Assembly: GCA_036172245.1 (NCBI GenBank)
Contig: JAYWIR010000045.1
Span: 248,001 to 312,000 of the forward strand
DNA length: 64,000 nucleotides
Direction: 5' to 3'
Source of the DNA: Raillietiella orientalis
Lineage: Eukaryota
Part shown: positions 61,612-64,000 of the stretch, piece by piece
How the letters are laid out: each line of letters begins with the position of its first letter
Numbering within the stretch: position 1 is the stretch's first letter
Notes under the pieces: generated by a model
Seen by the model: only the letters and a program-made list of their open reading frames with translations
The model's database searches: none
Told to the model about the DNA's origin: nothing
Position numbers and translations under genes: made by a program

Positions 61612-62230
61612 GTGGCTAGCTGGCTCGGAAATTTTCGGGTGCCATGGCACCAAGTGCTCGCATCCAGGTTATGCGTTGTTGAGGCAGCAATCTTGACATC
61701 CACTGGGGTGGGGGTTCGAGTTCCTCCTGAAAGATGACGCTGGTTGGCCTACATTCATTCGGGTGCTGCACTAGTGGTGGTTAAAACCGGATGCCCCCGA
61801 TGAGGACCGATACGATGGGAGCCGTTCCAATACCTTTGAGTCCTTCCAGGAATCAAGTAGTGGGAGTTCCCCTCCTGCTATCAAGGAGCAGACCCCCCAT
61901 TCCAGGAGGTCCCTCCGTGTCGTACTGCTGGAGTAGGTGTGTTGCCACCTCTCCAGAGAGTGCAAAGAAGCTAGTCGATCCCTTAGGGGAAGCAGCACCC
62001 TTCTGAATTTCGGAAGCATTCCTTTGGGGTTCTCATCAGAGAAGTAAACAGGAGCGCTTCCCTTGCAGGTTCCATCCGAAAGAGATGAAAGAAAGAATGA
62101 AGAAAGAATGAAGAAAAAATGAAGAAAAAATGAAGCGAACTCTCTGGGGCTCCCTCCGAAAAGAATAAGAAAGAAGATACTCTTCGGAGACCCATCCACA
62201 GGCATGAGAGGAACGGATTCCAGGCCCTTC
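61612..62230 (+). mobile_element. 3'-truncated, diverged tRNA-headed SINE copy
   Basis: Head remnant catggcaccaagtgct. ggttcgagttcctcctgaaagatgacgctgg and tccttccaggaatcaag match 42650-42785. Confidence 0.7.
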
Positions 62231-63780
62231 CTGGAAGAGGCTGTGTGCTGGGGCACGAGCTTGGCAGAGTAGCCAGAGTCTCACTCTATTACTTGCTGCC
62301 GAAGGTCAGGCAAAGTGACAGACAGCCTCAGTCGGTTACTCTTCAGTGCCTACTTCGAGTTGGTGCAGGATGGGCTCCGGGAAACTCTGGCGATCTTGCC
62401 GTCCTCATGTCCTTGTACGCTCACGCGGACGACCTCCTCCTGTTATCCATGTCCATCCAGGCAGTGTCCCTCGAGGAATATTTCGAGCTAACACACCGAG
62501 GAGCAAGCCATGAGCTTGAACAGGTGGAAGTCTGCGGCCGCTCTTGTTGGATCTTCGTGGGCAGTCAAACTGGATGCAACTGAGGATCTCAACGGGCAGA
62601 TACTTCGAGCACCTTGGCGTACTTCCGAGCGACTTCTGAGCGGCAGGAGAATGTATGGTCTGGCTGATTGGAGAGGGCAGAGAGGGCGCTAAATCCTCTA
62701 CCAAGCTGCCAGTCTCTCTTGCAGAAGCGCACTGCAACTTGAAGCTCCCCTTCCTCCATTTCCGTGCTACGAGGCAATGAATAGGAAGATCCTTCCGAAA
62801 AGCCCAATGGGCGTGGCAGGATCTCGGGTACGTCTGAAAGACCTATCAGCTCCGTGCCGCGATGCCAGACCGACGTAAGGGAAGCAGGAAGCGCAGGTTC
62901 ACTTCCGCATCCGCTGCTGACACCATGACCTTCCTAGGCGCAGTTATGTCCTCTCTATGGGATCGCAACCAATCGGCTAGGTGGACGATTTCTTGCTGCA
63001 CAGCAGGAGTCCTGACATCCTCCTGGAGTCACCACCAGTGGTCCCTGCAATTCTCCTGGAAGTATCCGTGCCTTACCTCTAGTGGCAGCATCCCTCCTTG
63101 CACTGGAACCTCCCGTGCGACCGACTCCGGCAGCTCTGGACGCGAGAAAGCTCCTCCCCAAACTGTGCCGGGTGCGGAGCTCGAGACGGAATGCGGACTG
63201 CGGGTTCCTCTGCGATGAATAGCAACGGGTGGTAGCAGCCCTCTCGCACTCCGAGGACTCTCCATCCTGCAGGTTCTTCATGCCGCAAGGACTCTCGAAC
63301 GCCAGAGCTGCCTCCGTGCAGCATTCGCGGATCGGCACGCGGTGGCGGAGGCAGCATTGGAGAACGGCCAGTGGCCACTCGATCCTACGCAGAATGCGAT
63401 GGGCGGCAAGGTGGCCTCGCTTCCCTTTCTGGATCAAGGAGGGCACTCGTCCGGATGGTGGGAAGGCACGGAAACCCGACTGGCCCTGCCTTCCTCTCCT
63501 CTTCCCCCATCCTTCCCGGAATCGATAAAGTTTGCGTCTGGTGTTTACTCATATCGCGTACACGTACACGTACACATACATATGCAAGTGCACGTGCATA
63601 TACACACATGTACATATGCACATGTCACACATAGATGTACACGCACGCATATACACATATACATATACCCACATATACACTACACAGGATCTGATGAACG
63701 TTTGCCCCTGAAGTTCGCACACATCGTGTATTTATTTATTTTTATTCTCTCACTGTCAATCCCTCCCTGTTGAGCGCGTT
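62230..63780 (+). mobile_element. L1/Tx1-like ORF2 relic (RT core through zf-RVT and 3' UTR), copy G
   Basis: SLYAHADDLLLL (YADD-like, ~62410-62445) and SPSCRF (zinc-finger start). The T-rich UTR gtgtatttatttattttt resembles that of copy E. Confidence 0.6.
63548..63685. repeat. Degenerate (CA/TA/CG) purine-pyrimidine microsatellite
   Basis: Alternating runs such as gtacacgtacacgtacacatacatatg... Confidence 0.85.
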
Positions 63781-64000
63781 CTTCCAGCCACCGCTCTACG
63801 TGTTGGCATTCCCTGAATCATGCCCCCAAGGCACATCAATGCCTTTTGATTGATTTAGGAGAAATGTCCCGGGTTGACCGTGTTGAAAACAACTAGAAAG
63901 CTAGACAGGTCGAGGAAACAGTGGAAACTGCTGAAGATTCCTCTCTCTCATTCCCTTCTGCAACCCCAGATGATAAAAAACAAATGACCTCATTTCTATC

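Noticed and set aside
1..64000. The many 60-300 aa ORFs in the supplied track as intact genes or an operon
   Set aside because: They overlap on all frames, often use non-ATG starts, and mostly fall in decayed repeats. The sequence is eukaryotic and spliced.

Overview
This is eukaryotic, intron-rich and transposon-dense DNA, probably from an arthropod such as a crustacean. That assignment is inferred from an invertebrate-type U2 snRNA fragment, GT-AG exons and the TE spectrum. Only one host gene is well supported: four + strand exons (3567-3652, 3883-3978, 8810-8875, 13195-13266) splice in frame into a DUF4728/LAPTM-like multi-pass membrane protein, and its 5' exons probably lie upstream of the window. 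Almost everything else is decayed mobile DNA. It includes seven copies of a ~0.8 kb tRNA-headed SINE and seven 5'-truncated L1/Tx1-like LINE pieces, six of which end in a shared hairpin-AATAAA-stem-loop terminus with almost no poly(A). There are also relics of RLE-type and CR1/Jockey-type LINEs, gypsy-like gag, and hAT, Transib, KDZ and EnSpm-like transposases. An intact Buster-type hAT MITE has a perfect 8-bp TSD, and there is an AT-rich foldback element. A D5/SF3-helicase-like viral relic sits in an intron, a 35-nt U2 retropseudogene is inserted in a SINE, and a ~99% identical 557-bp inverted duplication spans 26 kb. Protein-family calls for relics come from motif recognition by eye across frameshifts, with no database search, so their coordinates are approximate. 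No prokaryotic-type system (operon, CRISPR) is present.
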